A stretch of 33,439 nucleotides of DNA from Thiobacillus sp. (GTDB lineage Bacteria > Pseudomonadota > Gammaproteobacteria > Burkholderiales > Thiobacillaceae): NCBI GenBank assembly GCA_018780025.1, contig JADMKH010000032.1, positions 1-33,439 of the forward strand. The letters run 5' to 3'. Made by a program: the position numbers and the translations under genes. The notes under the pieces were generated by a model. It saw nothing but the letters and a program-made list of their open reading frames with translations, was not told the DNA's origin and searched no databases. Within the stretch, counting starts at the first letter, position 1, and each line of letters opens with the position of its first letter. Below are positions 1-8,972 of the stretch, piece by piece.

Positions 1-82
1 ACGCCACCCACGTTGCCCCGCAGCGTAAACCGCCATCCTGTCCGCCAATCTGGTTTAACTTTATCTGCGTCTCTGGCACAAT

Positions 83-98
83 CGTCGAAAATCCGACA
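83..98. promoter_or_regulatory. Putative enhancer-binding-protein site (cGTCG-N6-CGACA) upstream of the sigma54 regulator
   Basis: CGTCGAAAATCCGACA has the same arms and spacing as the TGTCG-N6-CGACA palindrome at 14831-14846, with one arm mismatch. Confidence 0.4.
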
Positions 99-184
99 CG
101 CGTAGAACATAATGACGCATCCACAGATGCAAGCGCGATTTCGCCTTTATGCCCCGAAGGGGTACCACTCGACCCGGAGGACAT

Positions 185-1618
185 GTGGCCCAAACCAACA
201 AGCCTAGTTTGTTGATCGTTGATGACGATCCGCTGATTTCCGATACGCTCACCTATGTATTGAGCAAGGATTTCGAAATCTCGGCCGCCGAGTCACGTGC
301 CCAGGTTAAAAGTCTGCTTATGCAGCTGGACGAGCCGCCCCAGTTAGCTCTGGTTGATCTGGGTCTGCCGCCGCATCCGCACAAGCCCGATGAGGGCTTT
401 GCCCTGATCGCAGACCTGCTGAGCATTTCCCCAAGCATCAAAATTCTGGTCCTTTCCGGCCAGAGCGACGAAGCCAACGCACGTCACGCGCGCGCGCTCG
501 GGGCGATCGACTTTGTTGCCAAACCCTGCGAGCCCGAGCGGCTAAAGTCGCTGCTGTTCAATGCGCTGCTGGTGCAGGATGCCGAACGCAGCGCTGAAAA
601 AGCACCGGCCCCCATCAAGGACTCCGGCATCGTCGGCGAAAGCCCGGCGATGGACAAGCTGCGCCAGCAAATCAAGCAATACGCTGCGGCACCGTTCCCG
701 GTGCTGATCGAAGGCGAATCGGGCAGCGGCAAAGAACGGGTCGCGTCGAACCTGCATCAACTTTCTCCGCGTGCGCCCAAACCTTATCTGGCGCTCAACT
801 GTGCGGCCATTTCGCCCACGCTGGTCGAGCCCACCCTGTTCGGTTACTCCAAGGGCGCATTCACCGGCGCCACCAGTGCACGCGCCGGCTATTTCGAGGA
901 AGCCGAAAACGGCACCCTGTTCCTCGATGAAATCGGCGAGCTGCCGCTGGAACTGCAGGCCAAGTTGTTGCGGGTGCTGGAAAACGGCGAATACCAGCGC
1001 GTCGGCGAAACCCAGCCGCGCTTCTCCAATGCGCGCGTGGTCACCGCCACCAACCGCGACCTGCGCGCCGAGATCAAGGCCGGCCGCTTCCGCGCCGACC
1101 TCTATCACCGGCTGTCGGTGTTCTCCATCGCGGTGCCGCCGCTGCGTGAAATGGGCCAGGACAAACTCACCCTGCTCAACCATTTCCGCGGCTTTTACGC
1201 CCACGAAGCCAAAAGCCAGCCTTTCTCGCTCGATGCGCGCGCGCAGCAAATGTGGGCGGACTATCACTTCCCCGGCAACGTGCGCGAGTTGCGCAACATT
1301 GCCATCCGCCTGACGACCAAATACCCCGGCATGGCAGTTAATGCCCAGCAACTGGAAGACGAACTCGATACCGACCAGGCTTATCCGCAGGAAATCCCGT
1401 TGGCCAGCGACGGCAAGCTGCTGATCGAGATGGCGCGCAAGCAACTGCAAACCGTGGCCAATTTCAATCTCGACGTCACCTTGCGCCAGTGGGAAAAAGC
1501 CTACGTGGAAGCTGCGCTCAACATGACCCACGGCAATCTGTCGCAGGCTGCCAAGCTGCTCGGCATCAACCGCACCACGCTTTATAGTCGGATGCAGACC
1601 TACGGCACCGAAGAATAA
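185..1618 (+). CDS. Sigma54-dependent response regulator (REC + AAA+ + Fis HTH), PrsR/NtrC-like
   Basis: LIVDDD and DLGLPP receiver domain; GESGSGKE Walker A; GAFTGA; LFLDEIGE; FPGNVREL; C-terminal HTH ([13 protein letters not shown]). GTG at 185 follows GGAGG at 176-180 (ORF track starts at 149). Confidence 0.93.
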   Translation: MAQTNKPSLLIVDDDPLISDTLTYVLSKDFEISAAESRAQVKSLLMQLDEPPQLALVDLGLPPHPHKPDEGFALIADLLSISPSIKILVLSGQSDEANARHARALGAIDFVAKPCEPERLKSLLFNALLVQDAERSAEKAPAPIKDSGIVGESPAMDKLRQQIKQYAAAPFPVLIEGESGSGKERVASNLHQLSPRAPKPYLALNCAAISPTLVEPTLFGYSKGAFTGATSARAGYFEEAENGTLFLDEIGELPLELQAKLLRVLENGEYQRVGETQPRFSNARVVTATNRDLRAEIKAGRFRADLYHRLSVFSIAVPPLREMGQDKLTLLNHFRGFYAHEAKSQPFSLDARAQQMWADYHFPGNVRELRNIAIRLTTKYPGMAVNAQQLEDELDTDQAYPQEIPLASDGKLLIEMARKQLQTVANFNLDVTLRQWEKAYVEAALNMTHGNLSQAAKLLGINRTTLYSRMQTYGTEE

Positions 1619-1624
1619 GCCCAC

Positions 1625-2947
1625 GTGTATTTTGACTATTTCGGTTTAAGAGAAGCGCCCTTTCGCATTACGCCGAATACCGAGTACTGGTATGCCGGCG
1701 GCCAGCGCGGGGAAATGCTCGCCGCATTGCTTTACGCCATTGACCAAGGCGAAGGCATCATCAAGGTGGTGGGCGAAGTCGGCAGTGGAAAAACCATGCT
1801 GTGCCGCAAGCTGGTTGCCCATCTGCCTGCCAGCGTCGACAGCGTTTATCTCGGCAATCCAACCCTGTCGCCCGACGACATGCTGGCGGCAATTCTGGCC
1901 GACCTTGGTGTCGACCTCCCGGAAAACAGCCGGCAGGCACGGCTGGCCCAGCTCAACACGGCCTTGCTGGCCCGCCACGAGAGCGGACGCCGCGTGGTGG
2001 TGTTTGTCGAGGAAGCGCAAGGCATCGCGCTCGACAATCTGGAATTCCTGCGGCTCCTGACCAATCTGGAAACAGCCACCGACAAGCTCCTGCAAATCGT
2101 GCTGTTCGGCCAGCCCGAGCTCGATGCGCAACTGGCCGACCAACGCATCCGCCAGTTGAAGGATCGCATTACCCTGAGCCTGAACCTGTCGCCGCTGGCA
2201 GAAACCGAAGTCGCCGATTACCTGAGATCACGACTGAGCGTAGCCGGATATCGCGGCCCTGATCTGTTTTCGCCGGCGCTGATCGCGCGCATGACCAAAA
2301 TTTCCGGGGGGCTGTCGCGCCGCATCAATGTGCTGGCCGACAAGACCCTGCTGGCGGCCTACGCCGGACAGACTCACACGCTCACCCCGGCACACCTGGA
2401 CGCCGCTGCGGGCGATGCCGAAATACAGTCCCACCCGCAACGCCCCCCTGTCCGACCGGCGCTCCGCCGTTGGGCGTGGCTGAGTGCCGGGCTCGCTGCC
2501 GCACTGGGTTTGCTGGTGTTTGTCGCCTGGCAGGCGCTGTCGCAAAGCCCGCCGCCTCAGGCAGCCGCTCGAAATCCCGTTGCTGCGCCGGCAGCAAACC
2601 TCGACCAAACAGCGGCGCCTGTCGCCCACGTCACCGAACTGGCCCGACAAACCCAGCGCTGGCTCGCCGCCGCCGCCCCCGGCACCCATGTCATCCAGGT
2701 GGCCTCAGCTAAAGAAGCCGCACAGGTGGCCGTATTATTGACGAGCTTTGGCCCCGCCACGCCGCAGCCGGTGCGGGTACTGCATGGTTTGAGTCAGGGC
2801 GCCTCCGCCTGGATGATTCTGGCGGGCGAGTATCCCAACCGTGACGCAGCCATGGCAGCCCTGCGCACCTTGCCTGCCCCCCCCGCAGGTTCGCCATTTC
2901 TGCGTACAGTCGGCAAAATGCGTACCGTAGTGCTACCAACAGGATGA
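1625..2947 (+). CDS. ExeA/MshM-family AAA ATPase with TM helix and C-terminal SPOR-like domain
   Basis: YFGLREAPFRITP N-terminus, GEVGSGKT, VVFVEEAQ, LQIVLFGQPEL; hydrophobic helix followed by a SPOR-like tail. Confidence 0.88.
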   Translation: MYFDYFGLREAPFRITPNTEYWYAGGQRGEMLAALLYAIDQGEGIIKVVGEVGSGKTMLCRKLVAHLPASVDSVYLGNPTLSPDDMLAAILADLGVDLPENSRQARLAQLNTALLARHESGRRVVVFVEEAQGIALDNLEFLRLLTNLETATDKLLQIVLFGQPELDAQLADQRIRQLKDRITLSLNLSPLAETEVADYLRSRLSVAGYRGPDLFSPALIARMTKISGGLSRRINVLADKTLLAAYAGQTHTLTPAHLDAAAGDAEIQSHPQRPPVRPALRRWAWLSAGLAAALGLLVFVAWQALSQSPPPQAAARNPVAAPAANLDQTAAPVAHVTELARQTQRWLAAAAPGTHVIQVASAKEAAQVAVLLTSFGPATPQPVRVLHGLSQGASAWMILAGEYPNRDAAMAALRTLPAPPAGSPFLRTVGKMRTVVLPTG

Positions 2948-4722
2948 TGATGAACGCTGTGTTGAAACGCTTCGTATTGACAGGTCCAGGGCTGATCAGC
3001 TTGCTGCTGATGGGGGGCTGTGTGCCCCCAAAAGCATTCGACACCTCATCCGGCCATATCAGTCAGCCCGTTCAAACCGCCGCCGCGGCCACCCCGCCGC
3101 CGCCGCCGGTGAGAGCGGCCCCCACCCTGGCGGCCCCTCAGCCAAGCGCCCCGGTGCCCACCTACACCGTGGTGGTCAACGACGTGCCGGTGAAAGACCT
3201 GCTGTTTTCCATCGCCCGCGACACCCAATACAACATCGACCTGCACCCGGGGATATCAGGGCGCGTCTCGCTCAACGCCGTGCAGGAACCCCTGCCCGCC
3301 ATTCTCGACCGCATCGCGCGACAGGCCAACCTGCGCTACGAATTGAATGGCCGCACGGTGTCGATCATGCCCGACACGCCCTTCGTCAAAACCTATTCCA
3401 TCAACTATGTAAACGTCGCCCGCAATACCACCTCCAGCGTCGGCGTGGCGGCGCAAATCGCCAGCACCGGCGGTGGCGTAGGCGCAGCAGGCGGGGCGTC
3501 CGCCACAGGGGGGAATTCTTCCACCACCACCGTGTCCAGCCAGTCCAACAACGATTTGTGGACTGTGCTTGCCGATAACATCCGCACCATTCTCGCCGGC
3601 ACCCGCGCCGTCACCCAGAGCAATGAAGAACGCGCTGCCCGACTGGACGCCGAGAAAACGGCACGCGCCGAGCGTGTATCGCAGGCCGAAGCAGTCAGCA
3701 AAGCCGGCGCAGGGGCAGCAGGCCTGTTTACGGCCGCGTTTGCCAACCAGCCGTCAGGCGACGGCAAATACGATGTGGCGGCCAATCCGATGGCGGGCAC
3801 CGTCTCGGTGCTGGGCACCGCAAAACAGCAGGAACTGGTGCAACAGTATCTCGACCGCGTGATGCAGTCCGCGCAGCGCCAGGTATTGATTGAAGCCACC
3901 ATTGTCGAAGTTACGCTCAAGGATCAATACCGTGCTGGCATCAACTGGCAAAGCCTGGTTTCGGGTGTCACCGGCTGGACGGTGAACACCGTAGGTGCCG
4001 GAACCGGGGGCACGAACCTGGCCAATGCACTTTCACCATTCTTCAACATTGCCTACACGAACAATGACAAATGGGATTTCAAGGCAACGATTGATTTACT
4101 GGAATCCTATGGCAATACCAAGGTGCTATCGAGCCCCAAGTTGATGGCGCTGAACAACCAGACCGCGCTACTCAAAGTAGTCAACAATCTGGTCTATTTT
4201 TCCATTGATGTGGCGCAGGGTACCGTCACCGCTTCGGGGCTTGTTCTACCCTCATCTGTCAGAACAGAGGTACACACCGTACCTGTTGGGGTGGTCATGA
4301 GTGTGACGCCTCAGGTCGGGGACAATGGCCTCGTCTCTCTGACCGTTCGCCCAACCATTACCCGCAAGGTAGGCGACGTCGAAGACCCCAGCCCCTTGCT
4401 GAAGCAAGGCGGGCTCAACATCAGCAACAAGGTCCCGGTCATCCAGGTGCGCGAGATGGAATCCTTATTGCAGATTCGCAGCGGCCAGACCGTCATCCTC
4501 GGCGGCCTGATCCAGGACGACAGCAACAACGCCCGCGACGGCCTGCCTGTCCTGTCGCGTCCGGAAGGCATCGGCGCCGTATTCGGCCAACACGAACGCA
4601 TCAACAGCCAGACCGAGCTGGTGATTTTCCTGCGCCCCATTGTGGTGACCAACCCCACGCTGGAAAGCGATGAGCTGCGCCAGTTCCAGCGGCTGCTTCC
4701 GAGCGCGCGGAGTGCGCCATGA
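2944..4722 (+). CDS. MshL-like type IV pilus/T2SS secretin (lipoprotein)
   Basis: Lipobox-like LMGGC, STN-like domain, QVLIEATIVEV, SSPKLMALNNQTA, GQTVILGGLI, TELVIFLRP. Confidence 0.9.
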   Translation: MMMNAVLKRFVLTGPGLISLLLMGGCVPPKAFDTSSGHISQPVQTAAAATPPPPPVRAAPTLAAPQPSAPVPTYTVVVNDVPVKDLLFSIARDTQYNIDLHPGISGRVSLNAVQEPLPAILDRIARQANLRYELNGRTVSIMPDTPFVKTYSINYVNVARNTTSSVGVAAQIASTGGGVGAAGGASATGGNSSTTTVSSQSNNDLWTVLADNIRTILAGTRAVTQSNEERAARLDAEKTARAERVSQAEAVSKAGAGAAGLFTAAFANQPSGDGKYDVAANPMAGTVSVLGTAKQQELVQQYLDRVMQSAQRQVLIEATIVEVTLKDQYRAGINWQSLVSGVTGWTVNTVGAGTGGTNLANALSPFFNIAYTNNDKWDFKATIDLLESYGNTKVLSSPKLMALNNQTALLKVVNNLVYFSIDVAQGTVTASGLVLPSSVRTEVHTVPVGVVMSVTPQVGDNGLVSLTVRPTITRKVGDVEDPSPLLKQGGLNISNKVPVIQVREMESLLQIRSGQTVILGGLIQDDSNNARDGLPVLSRPEGIGAVFGQHERINSQTELVIFLRPIVVTNPTLESDELRQFQRLLPSARSAP

Positions 4723-4747
4723 TTAAGCCCGGCGCACGGAGTATCCC

Positions 4748-5935
4748 TTGAGCCTGCTGCTCAAAGCGCTGAAGCAGGCCGAAGCCGCCCATGCGGCCAA
4801 GCCCGATGCAGACCGGACCGGGGCGGGTAGTCATACCGAAAGGAGCCTCGAACTGGAGCCGCTGTCTGTCGCTGGCGCAGATGCAGACCCAGAATGGGTT
4901 GAGCCACCGGGCTTGCTGTTCGGCAATAGCGGGCTGACGCCAGAGGCTCCGCGCCCGCCGGCTTTCCGCTGGCCGCAACTTTCGCTGGTGCCGCTGGTTG
5001 CCCTGCTTGCTGCGATCATTGCAGTAGGCTATGGGATATACCTGTATTTTGAGTTGCAGCCCCCTGCAGCAGTAACGACGCCCCCTGCAAGTGTTGCACC
5101 CTTGGCTACACCACGCGTCGCTGTGCCAGCCCCCATCAGCCCGGCGCCAATAGCCACGCCTGCACCCGCGCCAGCTGCCTTGGCCAACGCGCCCGCCTTG
5201 CCACGATCAGAACCCTTAACCGCAACGGCCGCCACGCCCTCGGCACCCGCTCAAGCCACCGCGCCTGCGAAGCCGATTTCAGCATCCTCCGCCACGGCCC
5301 GCAGCGTTCGCCCAGGCAGTCCCAGCAATACCATCGCCCTCCCGCCTGCCGCGCCGCTGCAATTCCAGCCCGACGTGCACACCGCTTTGCTCGGTCAGGC
5401 CTACGCAGCCTATCAGCGCGGTGCGCTGGCTGAATCGCAACGGCTTTACAACCAGGCCGCTTCGCGCAACCGCAGCGTGGATGCCTTGTTGGGACTGGCA
5501 GCCATTGCCAGCGTACAAAACCGTGAGGTTGATGCACAACGTTTGTACCGCGAAGTTCTGGACAGCGACCCGCGCAATGCCGCCGCCCAGGCTGCCCTGC
5601 TCGACCTGTTGGGCAACACCGACAGCCTGGCGACTGAAAGCCGCCTGAAGACGCTGATCGACCGCGGCCCCAGCCCTCAGCTCTATCAAACCCTCGGCAA
5701 CCTTTATGCCGACCAGAAGCGTTGGAACGACGCCCAGGCCGCGTATTTCGAGGCCTATCGCAATGCACCTGACAATGCCGATTACGCGTTCAATCTCGCA
5801 GTCAGTCTCGATCAGTTGCGGCAGACTGCAGCCGCGCTGAAGTATTACGAGAAGGCGCTCGCGACCGGAGGCATGCACCGCTTCGATCGCGCGCAAGCCG
5901 AAGCGCGCGTGCAACAACTCAAGTCGGTTCGGTAA
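4748..5935 (+). CDS. TPR protein (MshN/GspB-like) with TM helix and Pro/Ala-rich linker
   Basis: MSLLLKALKQAE N-terminus, TM helix, C-terminal TPR repeats (YAFNLAVSLDQL); TTG start after GGAG. Confidence 0.8.
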   Translation: MSLLLKALKQAEAAHAAKPDADRTGAGSHTERSLELEPLSVAGADADPEWVEPPGLLFGNSGLTPEAPRPPAFRWPQLSLVPLVALLAAIIAVGYGIYLYFELQPPAAVTTPPASVAPLATPRVAVPAPISPAPIATPAPAPAALANAPALPRSEPLTATAATPSAPAQATAPAKPISASSATARSVRPGSPSNTIALPPAAPLQFQPDVHTALLGQAYAAYQRGALAESQRLYNQAASRNRSVDALLGLAAIASVQNREVDAQRLYREVLDSDPRNAAAQAALLDLLGNTDSLATESRLKTLIDRGPSPQLYQTLGNLYADQKRWNDAQAAYFEAYRNAPDNADYAFNLAVSLDQLRQTAAALKYYEKALATGGMHRFDRAQAEARVQQLKSVR

Positions 5936-5943
5936 GCGGTCTT

Positions 5944-7641
5944 ATGGAGCGCCGCAAAAAACTCCGCATGGGTGAAACCCTGATTTCCCAGGGACTCATC
6001 ACCACCGACCAGCTGCGCATCGGGCTCAAGGAACAGAAAACCACTGGCCTTCCCATCGGGCGCCAACTGGTTGCGCTGGGCTTCATGACCGAGGCTGTGC
6101 TGCGCGACCAGCTCGCCAACGCGCTGGGCAGCCAGGGCATCGACCTCACCCAGGTGGTGGCCGATTCCGAAGCCTTGCAACTGGTGCCCGAGGAATTTGC
6201 CCGCCGCCACCACCTGCTGCCGATCGCCCACGATGCAGCGCGGAACATCCTGACGCTGGCGACCACCGACATGTTCAACGTCGTTGCGCTCGACCAGTTG
6301 AAAGCCGCACTCGGCGGCCAGCTCGAAATCGACACCCTGCTGGCGGCCGAAGCGCAGCTGCTCGAATGCATCGACAAGTTCTACGGCTTTGACCTTTCGC
6401 TCGACGGCATTCTGCGCGAAATTGAAACCGGCGAAGTCGATTACGCCAGCCTCAATCCCGAGACCGAGGAATACACCCAGCCGGTGGTGCGGCTGGTCGG
6501 TGCGCTGCTCACCGATGCGATGAAGCGCGAAGCGAGCGACATTCACTTCGAACCCGAACACGCTTTTTTGCGCATCCGCTACCGCATCGACGGCGTGCTG
6601 GAGCAGATCCGCAGCCTGCATAAAACCTACTGGCCGGGCATTCTGGTGCGACTGAAAGTGCTGTCCGGAATGAACATCGCCGAGACGCGCGCACCGCAGG
6701 ATGGCCGCATGTCGTTGACGCTGAACGGCCGCCCGATCGATTTTCGGGTATCGTCGCAGCCCGGCATCCATGGCGAAAACCTGGTGCTGCGCATCCTCGA
6801 CCGAGAGAAATCCATCGTGCCGCTGGAACAGATGGGATTCACCCCAAAGGCACTGCGTGAATTGCACCTGATGATGGCGCGACCGGAAGGCATTCTGGTG
6901 GTTACCGGGCCGACCGGTTCGGGCAAAACCACCACGCTGTATTCGATGCTCTCGCATCTGAATAACGAGACCGTCAACATCATGACACTGGAAGACCCGG
7001 TCGAATACCCGGTCACGCTGATGCGCCAGAGTTCGGTCAACGAAACGCTCAAACTCGATTTTGCCAACGGTATTCGTTCCATCATGCGGCAGGACCCCGA
7101 CATCATTCTGGTCGGCGAAATCCGCGACAAGGACACTGCCGAAATGGCCTTTCGCGCCGCCATGACTGGCCACCAGGTGTTTACCACCCTGCACACCAAC
7201 TCGGCGCTCGGTGTGTTTCCGCGTCTGATGGACATCGGCATCCAGTCCGGCATTCTGTCGGGCAACATCATCGGCGTTGTTGCACAGCGGCTGGTGCGCA
7301 AACTGTGCCCGCACTGCAAGGAAGCCTACACACCCGACGAGCATGAGATCGGCCTCCTCGGCGCTGATCCTGCCCACCCGCCGCAGATTTACCGCGCTGC
7401 AGGCTGCCCGGCATGCAGCAACAAAGGCTACAAGGGCCGGCTGGCTTTGATCGAATTGCTGCGGATGGATCCGACCCTGGATGAACTCGTGGCTAACAAT
7501 GCCCCGCTACACGAAATCCGCCGCGCGGCATTCGAGCATGGCTACCACCCCTTGGCAGAAGACGGCATCCAGCGGGTGAAGGATGGCGTGACGTCGCTGG
7601 CGGAAGTGGCGCGGGTGGTGGATTTGACAGGGCGGGTGTAA
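5944..7641 (+). CDS. GspE/PilB/MshE-family extension ATPase with MshEN N-terminal domain
   Basis: ASDIHFEP, GPTGSGKTTTLY, EDPVEY, RQDPDIILVGEIRD, TGHQVFTTLHTN, CPHC...CPAC zinc motif. Confidence 0.95.
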   Translation: MERRKKLRMGETLISQGLITTDQLRIGLKEQKTTGLPIGRQLVALGFMTEAVLRDQLANALGSQGIDLTQVVADSEALQLVPEEFARRHHLLPIAHDAARNILTLATTDMFNVVALDQLKAALGGQLEIDTLLAAEAQLLECIDKFYGFDLSLDGILREIETGEVDYASLNPETEEYTQPVVRLVGALLTDAMKREASDIHFEPEHAFLRIRYRIDGVLEQIRSLHKTYWPGILVRLKVLSGMNIAETRAPQDGRMSLTLNGRPIDFRVSSQPGIHGENLVLRILDREKSIVPLEQMGFTPKALRELHLMMARPEGILVVTGPTGSGKTTTLYSMLSHLNNETVNIMTLEDPVEYPVTLMRQSSVNETLKLDFANGIRSIMRQDPDIILVGEIRDKDTAEMAFRAAMTGHQVFTTLHTNSALGVFPRLMDIGIQSGILSGNIIGVVAQRLVRKLCPHCKEAYTPDEHEIGLLGADPAHPPQIYRAAGCPACSNKGYKGRLALIELLRMDPTLDELVANNAPLHEIRRAAFEHGYHPLAEDGIQRVKDGVTSLAEVARVVDLTGRV

Positions 7642-7649
7642 TGAAGAGG

Positions 7650-7752
7650 TCAGGGGTCAGGATTCAGGATTCAGGGGAGGGGGCTTCGCATTCATTTAGT
7701 TTGAAGCGCGGCACAGCCGCTCGTTCCCTGACCCCTGAATCCTGAACCCTGC
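7650..7752. repeat. Heptamer tandem arrays in inverted orientation (long hairpin)
   Basis: TCAGGGG-TCAGGAT-TCAGGAT-TCAGGGG (7650-7677) versus TCCCTGA-CCCCTGA-ATCCTGA-ACCCTGC (7725-7752), 23/28 complementary; small internal hairpins. Confidence 0.85.
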
Positions 7753-7766
7753 CCCAGGAAACTGCC

Positions 7767-8972
7767 ATGCCTTTCTTCGACTATCGCGCCATCGACCAGA
7801 CCGGCCGCTCGGTCAAGGGCGTGCTTTCCGCCGTCAACGACGTCGATCTCGAACTACGCCTGAAACGCATGGGGCTCGACCTTATCACGCTTTCTGAATT
7901 ATCACGCCAGTACGCCCCACAAGGCCGCGAGCGGGTCACGCGACGCGATCTGGTGACGTTCTGCATCCACATGCGTTACATCACCCGCGCCGGCATTCCG
8001 CTGCTTGATGGCTTGCGTGACTTGCGCGACACCATGGAAAAGCGTGGTTTTCGCGATGTGCTGACCGCGCTGCTGGAAGACCTGGAGGGCGGCAAGGTGC
8101 TATCGCAAGCACTGGCTGCGCACCCGGCCGTGTTCGGCGCCGTGTTCGTACACAGCATCAAGGCGGGCGAGCAGACCGGACTGCTTGACGCGGTATTCGA
8201 GCGTTTGGGCGAATCGCTTAAATGGCAGGAAGAAGTGGCAGCCAAAGCCAAGCAACTGATGATCTATCCGGCGCTGGTGCTGGTTGTGGTTGGCGCGGCC
8301 ATTCTGTTTTTGCTGATCTATCTGGTGCCGCAGGTGCTCACTTTGGTGGAAACCATGGGCGTCGCGTTACCACTGCCGACGCTGATTCTGATGGCGGTGT
8401 CGAGTGTGGTGCGCTCGTACTGGCTGATCGGTTTGTTGCTGGCACTCGCATTGGGCATTGGATTGCCCCTATGGATAAAAAAAAGCGAGGCAGGGCGCGA
8501 CTGGTGGGACAACGCCCAATTGCGGCTGCCCATTATCGGGCCCATCGTGCAGAAAATCGTGCTGTCGCGTTTTACCAATACCTTGTCGATGATGTACCGC
8601 TCGGGCGTCACGGTGCTCGATGCGTTGCGCGCAGGCGAGGCGGTAGCAGGCAATCGGGTGATTGCCCGCGGCATTCACCGTGCCGCGCAGCAGATTTCAG
8701 ACGGCCGGGGGCTGTCCGAAAGCTTTCAGTCGCTGGCCCTGTTTCCGCCGCTGGTGATCCGCATGCTGCGCGTAGGCGAAACGACCGGCGCACTCGACGA
8801 AGCACTGGATAACGTGACGCTTTTCTATAATCGGGAAGTGCTCGAATCGATTGAAAACGGCCTTAGAGTGCTCGAGCCCATGCTCACTGCCATTCTCGGC
8901 ATTTTGCTCGGTGGCATTTTGGTCTCGGTGCTGTTGCCCATCTACGACCTGATCGGGAATCTGCCTTTATGA
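7767..8972 (+). CDS. PilC/GspF/MshG inner-membrane platform protein
   Basis: Two T2SSF repeats (AGEQTGLL; FPPLVIRMLRVGETTGALD), LEP motif, TM helices. Confidence 0.93.
   Translation: MPFFDYRAIDQTGRSVKGVLSAVNDVDLELRLKRMGLDLITLSELSRQYAPQGRERVTRRDLVTFCIHMRYITRAGIPLLDGLRDLRDTMEKRGFRDVLTALLEDLEGGKVLSQALAAHPAVFGAVFVHSIKAGEQTGLLDAVFERLGESLKWQEEVAAKAKQLMIYPALVLVVVGAAILFLLIYLVPQVLTLVETMGVALPLPTLILMAVSSVVRSYWLIGLLLALALGIGLPLWIKKSEAGRDWWDNAQLRLPIIGPIVQKIVLSRFTNTLSMMYRSGVTVLDALRAGEAVAGNRVIARGIHRAAQQISDGRGLSESFQSLALFPPLVIRMLRVGETTGALDEALDNVTLFYNREVLESIENGLRVLEPMLTAILGILLGGILVSVLLPIYDLIGNLPL

Noticed and set aside
74-89. TGGCAC sigma54-like -24 box upstream of the regulator
   Set aside because: The -12 position reads GA rather than GC, so it is not called as a promoter
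5060-5360. Pro/Ala-rich low-complexity stretch in the TPR gene
   Set aside because: Ordinary flexible linker with no nucleotide-level repeat unit
542-7377. Long antisense ORFs (542-1624, 5845-7377; also 13156-14142, 15949-16992, 31726-32763)
   Set aside because: Shadow frames of well-supported GC-rich genes, with no recognisable motifs
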